A stretch of 64,000 nt of DNA from Pelagomonas calceolata (Eukaryota): positions 2,480,001 through 2,544,000 of the forward strand of contig CAKKNE010000001.1 in the NCBI GenBank assembly GCA_918797485.1. The letters run 5' to 3'. The notes under the pieces were generated by a model that saw only the letters and a program-made list of their open reading frames with translations, did no database searches and was not told where the DNA came from. Below are positions 30,907 to 40,572 of this stretch, piece by piece; the first letter of the stretch is position 1, and each line of letters starts with the position of its first letter. Made by a program: the position numbers and the translations under genes.

Positions 30907-31068
30907 TCGCTTGGCTCCTCAGCAGTAGTGTTATGGTCGCCGCATTAGAATTTTTCCGCACGCGACGCATGCAGCGCATCGATTGACCGTGCAACGGTAA
31001 AAGCAGCGCAAAAACGCCGTCGCGCGATCGAAGAACGCACGCGTTGAGACACAGCGAATAGATAAAAA

Positions 31069-31674
31069 ATGGCCGCCCAGCTCGCCGCCCAGCAGGACGA
31101 CGAGACGAGCGAGATCGTGCTGCGCGCCGCGTGCGCCGACGGCGGCCTCGACCGCCTGCTGCTGCAGCTGCGCATGCGCTGCCACCCGAGCCGCACTGCT
31201 TTGATAACCTACGCCGAGAGCTACCTCCGGGCGCCGACGCGGGCGGACGTGTTGTGGCGGCTGCGCGAGGAGCGGGAGGTGCTGCTCGATGGCGCGGGCG
31301 GCGACGCGGCAAATGCGCCGTTCTGCTCGAGCGACGCGCTGGACGAGGCGCTCCGCCAAATAGTTGTAATCGGCGAGCGGAACCCGATGCGCGCCAAGGG
31401 CAAGGTCGCGCGCACGCGACGGCGGCGCGCGTCCGAGCTCGCCGGCACCGACTACGACGGCGCGCGGGCCTTTCTCCAAGGGCTAGGCTACGCGACGAAG
31501 GCGCCGGCACGAACGGTTCGTGGACGACGCTACGTCCACAGGAGCGGCGCGCGCATTACGCTCTTGCGGGTCGAGGGGACGCCCGGCTACCTCGTCGAGT
31601 TCGCCCTGACGGGCGACGACGAGGCTTCTTTGCTAGAACTGCGGGAAAGCCTGCCCGTAACCGCTTTAGATTAA
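31069..31674 (+). CDS. Hypothetical protein, possibly Mediator subunit Med18/CYTH-like
   Basis: AFLQGLGY..VRGRRYVH..ITL..YLVEF pattern, 201 aa; product call is tentative. Confidence 0.55.
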   Translation: MAAQLAAQQDDETSEIVLRAACADGGLDRLLLQLRMRCHPSRTALITYAESYLRAPTRADVLWRLREEREVLLDGAGGDAANAPFCSSDALDEALRQIVVIGERNPMRAKGKVARTRRRRASELAGTDYDGARAFLQGLGYATKAPARTVRGRRYVHRSGARITLLRVEGTPGYLVEFALTGDDEASLLELRESLPVTALD

Positions 31675-31708
31675 CAACAACATTAGGCTATCTGAGAAAT
31701 ATTGCGTG

Positions 31709-31776
31709 GACCTTCGTGAGCCTCCACGCCATCGCGCAGACGCAGCTACGGAAGCACGTCGCGTCGATGGCGTGGG
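31709..31776. repeat. Family D mini-element with hairpin
   Basis: GACCTTCGTGAGCCTCCACGCCATCG (as at 37345 and 37435); internal inverted repeat CCACGCCATCG/CGATGGCGTGG. Confidence 0.75.
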
Positions 31777-31779
31777 GCG

Positions 31780-32922
31780 CTAGTAGAGCTCGGCCTCGTG
31801 CTCCTCGAACACTGAGGACACGTCGGCGTCGGGCCACATCTGCTCGAGCACGTAGGCCGCGCGCCGGGCCTCGTCGTAGTTCTCCTCGGCCAGATTCGTA
31901 GAAACGCACCGCTCCACGAACAGGTCATAGGACGGCCGCGCGCCCGACAAAGCGTGCAGGCGTTGTATTAAAGAGAGCTGCACGGCGTGCGGCGCGGCGA
32001 GGCACGCGTCGAGGACGCGCGGCGTCGGCGCGATGGCGTCGTTGGCCATGTGGACCAGCACGTCCTCGACGACCTCGGCCGGCTCGCCTCGCAAAATCAA
32101 GTCGCGGACCACGATACTAAAAATCTCGGCCGTCGGCCGCGGCCAGGCCTCCTCGGTGCGCAATCGGTTCAATACGAACGCGGCGTCCCGCCTCCGATCG
32201 CTCGCGAAGAGTACTTCGAGCAAAGCGCCCGCTCCCAAATGATTCAGGCGCTCCAAATGAGTCTCAGCGATGTCCATCGCAAAGTCCGCGACGCCCGCGT
32301 CGCCCGGTCGCGCGACGCGCGCGAGGCGCCGGCACGCCCGCAATATTGATGTTACGACGTCCTCGCCGCGCCGCTGCGACGCCTTCACGGCAAGCAACTT
32401 GGAGGCGAGGGGCCGTATTGTTATTTGATCCGCGAATGGCAGCAGGTCCATCGACGCGTGGCACGCGGCGGCGGCCTCCGCGTCGCCGAGTGCCAGCAGC
32501 AGCCGCGCGCGCGCCTTGGCCAACGTCTTCGTGGCGACCTGGTCGCCGGCGCGCTGCGCGAGCTCCGCGCCCGCGCGCCGCGCGGCGTCGTCGCCGCCTT
32601 CGAGCGCCGCCGCGACGTGCGCACACCGCGCCGCGAGCGCGTGCGTCTCGGCCTCGGCGCCGCGCGCGCGGTCCAGCAGGGCCGCCCGGCCCTCGCCCAG
32701 GTACTCCGCTATTCTCTGCGTCGCGGCCGCGTCCGGCAGGCGCGGCAGGCAGCCGCGCGCGACCGCCGCGCCGACGACGCGGCCGTCGCAGGGCCGCGCG
32801 CGCGCCGCCTCGCCCCTGCGTATGGCGCTGCGCCAGCGCAGCAGCGACCGCGCGCAGCCGCGCCAGTTTCCGTCTATCGCGTGGCGTCGTGCTGCAGCGA
32901 CAAATGCGCTGCGGGCGCCCAT
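31780..32922 (-). CDS. Hypothetical alpha-helical (PPR-like) protein
   Basis: 380-aa ATG ORF; helical pattern with RPTAEIFSIVV, MANDAIAPT. Confidence 0.65.
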   Translation of the reverse strand: MGARSAFVAAARRHAIDGNWRGCARSLLRWRSAIRRGEAARARPCDGRVVGAAVARGCLPRLPDAAATQRIAEYLGEGRAALLDRARGAEAETHALAARCAHVAAALEGGDDAARRAGAELAQRAGDQVATKTLAKARARLLLALGDAEAAAACHASMDLLPFADQITIRPLASKLLAVKASQRRGEDVVTSILRACRRLARVARPGDAGVADFAMDIAETHLERLNHLGAGALLEVLFASDRRRDAAFVLNRLRTEEAWPRPTAEIFSIVVRDLILRGEPAEVVEDVLVHMANDAIAPTPRVLDACLAAPHAVQLSLIQRLHALSGARPSYDLFVERCVSTNLAEENYDEARRAAYVLEQMWPDADVSSVFEEHEAELY

Positions 32923-33067
32923 ATTGTGCTGCTAGTGTCCGCAGGGCTGCAGGTTTTGCAATTTGTTGGGTGGCGATGCGGCAGCAGCGATGCCGTGCTT
33001 TGTCGCAAGCTATGGAATACGTGTGACCAATAATGCCAAAGCGAGAGACAATTGTACAATATTGCGG

Positions 33068-33094
33068 GCTAGCGTCCTGTAACACGCTAGCAAG
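33068..33094 (-). promoter_or_regulatory. CTAG-bounded upstream motif
   Basis: Reverse complement CTTGCTAGCGTGTTACAGGACGCTAGC, 146 bp upstream of ATG 32922(-). Confidence 0.65.
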
Positions 33095-33097
33095 GGC

Positions 33098-33206
33098 GCG
33101 AGTCCCTGCGACTCAGCCCTTGCGTCCTAGTCCAGCCGGACGGGTGGGCCCGGGGGGGGGCGGGAGGGGTACGGGGGACCCGCGACGTAACTAGCCTGAG
33201 CCTGAG
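33098..33206 (+). repeat. Dispersed repeat family B with (GCCTGA)n tail
   Basis: ~110 bp nearly identical to 55272-55380. Confidence 0.88.
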
Positions 33207-33287
33207 CAAACGCGACACGCGCAGAGAGTTATCGCCTGTCGACGGGATGTTATGTCACAATTTAGAGTCACAATTCACAAAAGAAGC

Positions 33288-34436
33288 TTAGCCCGCGGGC
33301 GCCTCGACCTCGAAAAAATCATCCGCATAGCTCCCAGGCTTCTCCGAGGGGTCCTCGTCGAAGGCGTCGTCGGCATACTCGTCGGCGTGCGCCTCGACTT
33401 CGGCGTCGTCGACGCCCCCACCGTCGTCGGCGGCGTCGTCCGCGGGCGGCGGCGCTGGCGGCGGCCCGCCGAAGATCGGCGGCCCGACCACCGAGAGGGG
33501 AGGCGCCTCCAGCCCGACGCCTCGCCGGCGGCACTTCAGAAGCCGGTGCAGGCCGCGCTTCAGTTGCGCGAGGGATATAACGGCGCCGCCGCCGAAAACG
33601 TCCTCCCAGGGCCCCGCCTTGAAGGGGTCCAGCACGTCCGTCGGCGCGTACAAAAACGCCTCGCGCAGCTCGTCGAAGCGCATCTCGCTCCGGTGGCCGC
33701 AGAGCGCGCGCACCGCTTTCAGGCACTTCCGCGCGTCGCTCCGCCGCGTTATTGAATCGGCCTCCTTCTCCACCTCCAGCAATGCCTCCTCGTCTATCGA
33801 CGCGAGGGGCGCGCCGCGCGCCGCGAGCCAGCCGCATAAACTGTCGCCGACGCGCGCGCCGTCGAGGCGATCCACATACAAGTGGCCGCCGAAGACCCCA
33901 CATACTTGCACAGCGACGGGGCGGTCGATGGTTTCCGCTTGCGTCGGTTTTGTCGTATGTATTGTACCGTCGTCTAGCTCCACCGAGGCCGTCCGTGCTG
34001 GTGACGGCGGCTCGACGAGCTGCACCCTGACGGAATGCAACTCGAGGCCGCACACCGCTAATGCTTTAACACGCAGCAGGAGGCGCCTCCTGAGGTGTTC
34101 CGCTTGCGCGACCGACCGCCACGTGCCATTCGAGGGCTGTTGTATGGTACAGAGGACGTCGCCATCTGACAAATCTTTGTACGCCGGCCAGAGCGTCAGG
34201 CGCGTCTCGCGCTTCTCGCAGTCTGCGTCCGCTATGCCTAACCTCGCGAGGGCCTTGGCGCGCCGAGCGGCCGCCTCGAAAGAATCCTGTTTAGGTGCCC
34301 GGTAATTTTGGGAAGAGACCCGCCACGTCTGTTGGACCTGCCGCGTCGTCTTGCCGCCGAAGAAGTCCTCCTCGAGCCGGCGCAGGGCCTCACGTCTAGA
34401 TTGGAGCTGGGCCTTTTCCCTCGGTGCGAGGAGCAT
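33288..34436 (-). CDS. Hypothetical protein, acidic C-terminus
   Basis: 382-aa ATG ORF with coding-like composition. Confidence 0.65.
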   Translation of the reverse strand: MLLAPREKAQLQSRREALRRLEEDFFGGKTTRQVQQTWRVSSQNYRAPKQDSFEAAARRAKALARLGIADADCEKRETRLTLWPAYKDLSDGDVLCTIQQPSNGTWRSVAQAEHLRRRLLLRVKALAVCGLELHSVRVQLVEPPSPARTASVELDDGTIHTTKPTQAETIDRPVAVQVCGVFGGHLYVDRLDGARVGDSLCGWLAARGAPLASIDEEALLEVEKEADSITRRSDARKCLKAVRALCGHRSEMRFDELREAFLYAPTDVLDPFKAGPWEDVFGGGAVISLAQLKRGLHRLLKCRRRGVGLEAPPLSVVGPPIFGGPPPAPPPADDAADDGGGVDDAEVEAHADEYADDAFDEDPSEKPGSYADDFFEVEAPAG

Positions 34437-34851
34437 GGTGGGGCTGCCCGGGGCTGCTGCCTGCTCGATGGCGTTGTTGCTGCGGCACTCTGCTCAATGG
34501 GTTCAAGGGTTGACTCGAGAGTCTGCGCGTGATGTCGCGCTGCGCGCGCGAGGTGGGGCTAGCCGAACACTACATACGTCCCCCGAACGGGCATGGCGGC
34601 CTGGAGAGGGATACGAGCCCTTCGGAGCACTTCTCGTGCTGAGCTAGTAAGTTAGCACGCTAGTTAATCCGCCGCCGCGGCAACTCGAACTCGTCGATCC
34701 TCGCCTGAGCCCAGGCCCGACACCAGGACGCTGCAAACGCAAACGTTTCCGCTCTCTGCCGCCCTAGCGCACGCGCCGCCTCGTCGCCGCACGCCACACT
34801 ACTAGTAGGCACCTGCTCGGAGACGCCAGACGCCGCGCGCCTTATAAAACC

Positions 34852-35436
34852 ATGGCCTCCATGTGCGTCCGCGCGCCGGCGCCCCTCGACGCGGATCAAG
34901 TGAAGACCTACCAGAACTGTTTGGCCGACGGCGGCGCCGTGGCCATCGACTTCGCGGAGCCGGCGCACCTCGAGGCCTCGCGCATGGCTTTGTTGTTGGG
35001 CGGCTTCGCGCTCGAAGCAAACGGGACGCAGCTCGTCGCGACGAAGCTGGCACCGCCGAAGAAGGCGGCGCGGCGGCGGCGGCGGGCGCCACCGCCCGTC
35101 GCGCGCGTCGACGGCGACGACGACGACTTGGTGGACGAGGACGCGCTCCTCGCGGCGGACGGGCTCGAGCCGCCGGCCGTCGACGAGGCGGCGGCGAAGT
35201 GCGCCCCGCGGAAGCCCTGCGAGAACTGCACGTGCGGCCGCAAGGAGCAACTCGAAGCGGAGGGCGACGGCGTCCGGCCGCCGCCGCCGGCGGACGCGTC
35301 GAGCTGCGGCAACTGCGGCAAGGGCGACGCCTTCCGCTGCGCGTCCTGCCCGCACCTCGGCAAGCCGGCCTTCAAGGAGAATACCGAAGGTTCCAAGCTC
35401 GTGCTCGACCTGACGGACGATCTCGGCGACTTTTGA
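34852..35436 (+). CDS. DRE2: Anamorsin/Dre2 Fe-S cluster assembly protein
   Basis: LVDEDALL, C..RKPCENCTCG, SSCGNCGKGDAFRCASCPHLGKPAFK. Confidence 0.92.
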   Translation: MASMCVRAPAPLDADQVKTYQNCLADGGAVAIDFAEPAHLEASRMALLLGGFALEANGTQLVATKLAPPKKAARRRRRAPPPVARVDGDDDDLVDEDALLAADGLEPPAVDEAAAKCAPRKPCENCTCGRKEQLEAEGDGVRPPPPADASSCGNCGKGDAFRCASCPHLGKPAFKENTEGSKLVLDLTDDLGDF

Positions 35437-35508
35437 CCTCCCGCCATCCACCATTGTAATAGTCTCTTAGTCGTAGATGGTAGTTGGCTGTTCAGCTACA
35501 TCGGGCTT

Positions 35509-36033
35509 CTATGTGTAAATCTGCTGCACGGACTGGATGCGCGCGCGGCACATCGGGCAGCGCGGCCCCTCGCGGCGCGACACCATGCGCCCGCACGGGC
35601 CGCAGACGCAGCGGTGGCCGCACGGCAGGAACGCGTGGTCGCGGCGCGCCCGCAGGCAGACGCAGCAGGGCGGGCCCGCGAAGTCGTCGTCGTCCGTGTC
35701 GGAGTCGATTGGTCTTGCGGGTGCCGGCGCCGCGACCGGCGGCGCGGGCGCGGCGTCGTCGCCGTCGGAGGCGGCCGGTGCGGCGGGCGCAGGGGCGGCG
35801 ACCGGCGGCGCGGGTGCTGGCGCGGGTGCGGGCGCTGCGGGTGCCGGCGCGGCGGCTGGCGGCGCGGGCGCGGCGACCGGTGGCGGCGGCGGCGGGTTTC
35901 GCGGCACGAAGCCGGTGATGCGGCGCTGCTGCGGCTCGCCCGCCACGACGTCGCGCCGCACGCCTAATGCGCCGCCGGCGAAGTTTAGGGTCGTCTGATT
36001 CGGATCGTGTTTGGGCTTTTTCTTCGGCGGCAT
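35509..36033 (-). CDS. C3HC4 RING-finger protein
   Basis: CCVC...RDHAFLPCGHRCVCGPC...CPMCR..I...QIY. Confidence 0.9.
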   Translation of the reverse strand: MPPKKKPKHDPNQTTLNFAGGALGVRRDVVAGEPQQRRITGFVPRNPPPPPPVAAPAPPAAAPAPAAPAPAPAPAPPVAAPAPAAPAASDGDDAAPAPPVAAPAPARPIDSDTDDDDFAGPPCCVCLRARRDHAFLPCGHRCVCGPCGRMVSRREGPRCPMCRARIQSVQQIYT

Positions 36034-36525
36034 GTCACTTGTGCGAGTGTTCCTGGCGTGCTTTGAGGGGAGGCTAGAGGGGCTAGGGTAAGAGCTTGGC
36101 CCGCAGACGTCAAGTTGCAGCAGGAAAACGATTGTTGTCCATCGGAAGCAGGCTAGCGCATGCGCGCGCTGTCTCAGAGCATCTGTGGCCCCGTCCTGAC
36201 CCTAGGCGACCCCAGGAACGCCTCTTCGGCAGGGATTGACAGGATTTAACCGGCGCAGCCGCCTTGGAGCATGGCGGCTCCTCGGCCGCGAATTAAAAAA
36301 AAATCTTTGCGAGACGGGAGACTAGCGTCATAGACATACTAGCCTTGTGTGGCTTCCCGTCCTGAAGTGGGCAGAGCTTATTGTTCGCTCGATCGGCATT
36401 GATAACAGCGTGGAAAATTCTCTCTCAGCGAGCACGTGGCGCGCAGCGTGCGAGCGCGCGAGCAGTGCACGCGTCGCCCAAAAACCACGCAGTGCTCTCA
36501 CAGCCACCGCCGCCGCAGGCCTTTG

Positions 36526-36861
36526 ATGCCGCTCGTCCGCCTCTTCGCGCACAAGGCCTTGACGAAGGCCATCCCGCTGCCTAAATTGCAGGCCAGGCTC
36601 TGCGAGATCTGGGGCGTGAAACCCCAGACGACGAAGCTCCTGCTCACGCGCGTCGACGACTGGACGAGCGACCAGTTCGACGAGGACGTCTACGTGAGCG
36701 TCCGCGCCAAGGCCACGCCCGAGCGGACGCGCGACGTCGTCCTCGAGGGCTGCCGCCAGGTCCAGGAAGCATTCCGCGCCGAGGGCCTCGTCGCGAACGT
36801 GCGCCTCGAGACCTACGTCGGGGACTCGTACTTCCACTTGCCGCCGCCTGCTTCGTCCTAG
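36526..36861 (+). CDS. Small tautomerase/MIF-like protein (Pro at position 2)
   Basis: MPLVRLF N-terminus, 111 aa, beta-alpha-beta pattern, VSVRAKATPERT; strong GC3 bias. Confidence 0.6.
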   Translation: MPLVRLFAHKALTKAIPLPKLQARLCEIWGVKPQTTKLLLTRVDDWTSDQFDEDVYVSVRAKATPERTRDVVLEGCRQVQEAFRAEGLVANVRLETYVGDSYFHLPPPASS

Positions 36862-36866
36862 TCGTC

Positions 36867-37346
36867 ATGGGCCAGACCAAGTACGGCCCGCCCGTCGTCA
36901 TGGGCAGCGAGGACATCATGGGCCCGAAGGCCCACGGCACGTGCACGCAACCGGTCCAGCACGACCTGCGCTTCGGCTGCGACGCCAAAACGGCCGACAG
37001 GATCTGCTGCTTCAACCGCCACTACGCGGAGCACTCGGGCTACGCCTGGGGCACGTCGTGGCCGACGGAAATTCCCGAGGAGCCGATCAACTACTACGAC
37101 TCCGTGAGCGGCAAGCAGCTCTTCCGGGCGCCCGTCGGCCGCACGAAGGCCGAGTTCCTCAAGGAGTCCAAGGCCCACGGCTGGCCGTCGTTTAGAGATG
37201 CCGAGGTCAACTGGGAGCACGTGCGCGTTCTGGGGGACGGCGAGACCGTGTCCGTCGACGGAACTCATTTAGGGCACAACCTCCCCGACGGCAAGGGCAA
37301 CCGCTACTGCATCAACCTCGTGTGCGTCGCGGGGAAGCCCGTGTGA
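36867..37346 (+). CDS. MsrB/SelR-like methionine sulfoxide reductase domain protein
   Basis: G..LF, GWPSF, THLGH, GNRYCIN. Confidence 0.85.
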   Translation: MGQTKYGPPVVMGSEDIMGPKAHGTCTQPVQHDLRFGCDAKTADRICCFNRHYAEHSGYAWGTSWPTEIPEEPINYYDSVSGKQLFRAPVGRTKAEFLKESKAHGWPSFRDAEVNWEHVRVLGDGETVSVDGTHLGHNLPDGKGNRYCINLVCVAGKPV

Positions 37347-37391
37347 CCTTCGAGAACCTCCACGCCATCGTGCCGGCGCAGTCATAAGGAC
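37345..37391. mobile_element. Family D 47-bp mini-element with 8-bp TSD
   Basis: GACCTT...AAGGAC flanked by GCCCGTGT (37337-37344, 37392-37399). Confidence 0.65.
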
Positions 37392-37434
37392 GCCCGTGTA
37401 ATGATAAAGTACTACTTAAGTGTATCGAAGCTGT

Positions 37435-37479
37435 GACCTTCGAGAACCCCCACGCCGTTGTCGGCGCAGTCATAAGGAC
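37435..37479. mobile_element. Family D mini-element, second copy
   Basis: Near copy of 37345-37391, bracketed by a 21-bp duplication ACTACTTAAGTGTATCGAAGC (37411-37431, 37478-37498). Confidence 0.6.
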
Positions 37480-38375
37480 TACTTAAGTGTATCGAAGCAC
37501 GCGCCCTCGACGGCCCCGCCCGTCAGAAACGCGACGCAGGCCGCGACGAACGCCTCCTCGGCGCCGGCGCAGTTGTGCGGCGCGCCAGCGACGACGAGGC
37601 CGGCGACGCGCGCGGCGTTGCCCGCCGCGCAGGCGCCGCAGATCTTCTCCACGAGCGCCGCCTTGTCCACGCTCTTCGGCGCGTACTCGTCGGCGCCGCT
37701 GTAGGCGACGAGGCAGCCCACGCCCCGGGCGCCGAAGGCCGAGAACCGTTTCCGCAGCTCGTCGGCAGCGAGGTCCGACGAGAAGTAGTCGTCCGCGCCG
37801 CCGACGTCGTGGAGGTCGAGGTAGCGCCGCGCCGTCATGGGCGCCCAGTGGCACTCGCGCGGCAGGAACTCGGCGCCCTTGCCCGTGTCGACCTGCCACT
37901 GCGCCCTCGTTAAGATGGGCGACCGCCGGACGACCTCCCGCTCCGAGTCCGTCTCGCGGTCGCTCACGCCGCCCTGGAGGCACACGCGCAATTTCTTCTC
38001 GGCTTTGCCGTGCCTCGCGTAGTGCGCGCAGACCTGCGACCCCGTCGAGTGGCCGACCATAAAAACCTCCTCGACGCCCCTGAACGCCTCGCAGCCGAAC
38101 AGCTCCTCGAGATCCTCGACGTCGTTGTCCAGGCTCCCGAAGCCGAACTGCGCGTAGCTCGTTCGTAAAATGGGCTGCACCGTCGCGTAGCCCAGCGCCT
38201 CCAGCGCCTTGGCTAGCGGCGGCGCGTACGGGCACGCCAGGAGGCCGTCGGACAGGCCGCCTAATAAAACTGCCGCCTTCTTTTGTAGGGAGCCAGTGAC
38301 AAAAGCCTGGCGGCCCGGCGCGTAAACGAAGAGGCTGCCCTGCATGGCCCTCGTACCTGTACCGAAGGCACTCAT
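37479..38375 (-). CDS. DUF1749 alpha/beta hydrolase
   Basis: LLGGLSDG, SLDNDVEDL, GHSTGSQ, QGGVSDRE, DDYFSSDL, SGADEY. Confidence 0.9.
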   Translation of the reverse strand: MSAFGTGTRAMQGSLFVYAPGRQAFVTGSLQKKAAVLLGGLSDGLLACPYAPPLAKALEALGYATVQPILRTSYAQFGFGSLDNDVEDLEELFGCEAFRGVEEVFMVGHSTGSQVCAHYARHGKAEKKLRVCLQGGVSDRETDSEREVVRRSPILTRAQWQVDTGKGAEFLPRECHWAPMTARRYLDLHDVGGADDYFSSDLAADELRKRFSAFGARGVGCLVAYSGADEYAPKSVDKAALVEKICGACAAGNAARVAGLVVAGAPHNCAGAEEAFVAACVAFLTGGAVEGACFDTLK

Positions 38376-38522
38376 GGCTGCTGCACTACTGTATGCGCCA
38401 AGAATCACGGCGGACTTCGCCAGGGTTGCTGCACGCGGTCGCAGCGATGGCGTGCGAGACTTCTGAGGTTGCTTTTGCGATGTATAACAGACGAGGCAAT
38501 GCGCAAGAGGCCGCAAAAGCTG

Positions 38523-38550
38523 GCTTGCTAGTGTCTTACATGCCGCTAGC
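38523..38550 (+). promoter_or_regulatory. CTAG-bounded upstream motif
   Basis: Identical 28-mer to 1963-1990; 174 bp before ATG 38724. Confidence 0.7.
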
Positions 38551-38723
38551 TCGCTGCAATCGTGCGTGCGTGCGCTGGGGGCTCTGAGAGGCGCATTTTG
38601 ACGGCAGTACGTCGCATTCATCTAAACGGAACTCACACGAAGCTGTCGTGGGCCACCCACCCTCTGGCTGGCACCCAGCCCTCAGTGCAGCATTTGGCAG
38701 CGCAGCGGTGCAGCGTGGGCCGC

Positions 38724-39554
38724 ATGCGGCTGCCGCTGCTCGCCACCATCGCGCACACGACGAGGGCCGCGCGCTACGCGCTCCGCGTGGCCTACGACGG
38801 CACGCATTTTAATGGATGGCAGCACCAGCCGAACGCGCGGACCGTCGAGGGCGAATTAAGGAAAGCCTTCACGACGCGCTTCGACGGCGCGAACGTGCCG
38901 CTCCTCGGCGCGTCGCGGACGGACAGCGGCGTGCACGCCCGCGGCCAGGCGGCCCACGTCGATCTACCGGAAGAAGTGGCGGACGTGGATCTCCTGAAGC
39001 ACCAGCTGAACCGCATGCTGCCGGACGACGTGCGGATAAATTGTGTCCGGGAGGCGCCGCCCGGAGGAGAGAAGCCCTGGCACGCGATCGCGTGCAGCAC
39101 GGGCAAGCGCTACTCGTACCGGATGACGGCGCGCTACGGGTCCCAGGACCCGCTGGAGAGGTTGTATCGGGCCCACGTGTGTTACGAGGACCTGGACTTT
39201 GCGTTGCTGTCAAATGCACTCCAAAGGTGCCGGGGCCGCTTCGACTTTAAGGCCTTCGCGAACAACGCGCCTACGCAAAACCCCCTGGAGATGGACACGA
39301 TTCGCGAGATTCGGTCCATCGAGGCCGAGGACGAAGGTTTTGGCGACTACACCGTACAAATCGAATTGGACGGGGCGCTGTACCGCATGGTCCGCAACGT
39401 CGTCGGCGCGTGTGTGGCCTGCGGCACGGGCAAACTGAAACTCGACGAGCTCGACGAGCTCCTCTCGGGACGCAAGACGCGCCGCGACAACCCGACAAAG
39501 TCCGCGCCCGCGCGCGGCCTGTGCCTCGAGGAGGTCTTCTACGACGACTTCTAG
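38724..39554 (+). CDS. truA: tRNA pseudouridine(38-40) synthase
   Basis: AYDGTHFNGWQ.Q, ASRTDSGVHARGQ, DFKAF, LYRMVRNVVG, APARGL.L..V.Y. Confidence 0.93.
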   Translation: MRLPLLATIAHTTRAARYALRVAYDGTHFNGWQHQPNARTVEGELRKAFTTRFDGANVPLLGASRTDSGVHARGQAAHVDLPEEVADVDLLKHQLNRMLPDDVRINCVREAPPGGEKPWHAIACSTGKRYSYRMTARYGSQDPLERLYRAHVCYEDLDFALLSNALQRCRGRFDFKAFANNAPTQNPLEMDTIREIRSIEAEDEGFGDYTVQIELDGALYRMVRNVVGACVACGTGKLKLDELDELLSGRKTRRDNPTKSAPARGLCLEEVFYDDF

Positions 39555-39568
39555 TAATCACATTCTAT

Positions 39569-39625
39569 TGTTACGGTGCTAGGCCTGGGCGGAGCCCCTG
39601 GGGGGAAGATCCGGCGGCGGGCGCG
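39569..39625 (-). repeat. Family A truncated copy
   Basis: TGTTACGGTGCTAGG..TGGGCGGAGCCCCTGGGGGGA..CGGCGGCGGGCGCG, starting 15 bp after the truA stop. Confidence 0.8.
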
Positions 39626-39648
39626 TAGTCCACCACGTATGTACAACA

Positions 39649-40266
39649 CTAGCGCCGCCGCTCGTAGAGCGCGCAGCCCACCAACGCGCAGCCCTCGATA
39701 GCACCCAGCAGCGCGAGCAGCGCGTGCCACCTCCTATCGAGCTCGCGCGCGAGCGCCTCGTTCGCGTGCGTGAGCGCGCGCACGACGACGGCCTCGGCCG
39801 CGTGGAGCTTCTCCAGGCCCGTCTCATGGATAGCTTTTAATGCGCCCTCGTAGGCCGCCGCGGCGGCGCGCACGTCCTCCAGGGCACCCGTCGCCTCCTC
39901 GACCTCGCCCAGATCTCGATTCCAGTCGTTCAAGGCCGCGACCGTCGCCCGCTGCGACACCTTGCCCAGTTTATATCTCAAAAAGCCGACCCTATCTACC
40001 GCCGCGGCCAAATGTCTGATCTCTCGAGAATAGTGCACGCCCGTCGACACCGCCGCGACCTGCGCCAGCAGCAGCCCCACGACCATGCGCGGGCGCCGTC
40101 CGGGCGGTTTCTCCTGGGACGCGGCCGCCGCGGCCCGCAGCGACCGGTCGAAGGAGTCGGCGCCGCTCGAGTGGCCGCTGCAGTCGAGGTCGCGCGCGTT
40201 CGCGGGCCAGGCGACGTCGACGAGCGGCGCGTCGTGGCGCGGGCGGCGCCTTCGGACGGGCTTCAT
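39649..40266 (-). CDS. Hypothetical membrane/coiled-coil protein
   Basis: ATG 40266; two hydrophobic segments flank a helical region. Confidence 0.55.
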   Translation of the reverse strand: MKPVRRRRPRHDAPLVDVAWPANARDLDCSGHSSGADSFDRSLRAAAAASQEKPPGRRPRMVVGLLLAQVAAVSTGVHYSREIRHLAAAVDRVGFLRYKLGKVSQRATVAALNDWNRDLGEVEEATGALEDVRAAAAAYEGALKAIHETGLEKLHAAEAVVVRALTHANEALARELDRRWHALLALLGAIEGCALVGCALYERRR

Positions 40267-40572
40267 TGCCGTTTTTGCCGGGTGTGGCACCACCCTCGAC
40301 CGCGAACACGCTGGTGGAACAAGGGTTGACGCGAAGTTGAACCGGCGCGACGCGCTGCCGCCGGAGTAGCAGCCCCGCGGCGCACGAGAAGATGGGCGTG
40401 GACGTCGGGGCAGTGCCCCGGCGTGGCGCTCGCGAGTTGTCGTCTGAAAAGCTGAAGGAAGCGAGGAGCCCGCACATCCCCCCCTCCACATCCCGCACCA
40501 GCTGCCCGCACTTTTTTTTGACGCGCGGATTGTGCCGGAGCCGCACCGCAATTGGACACCCCCACCAACGAC

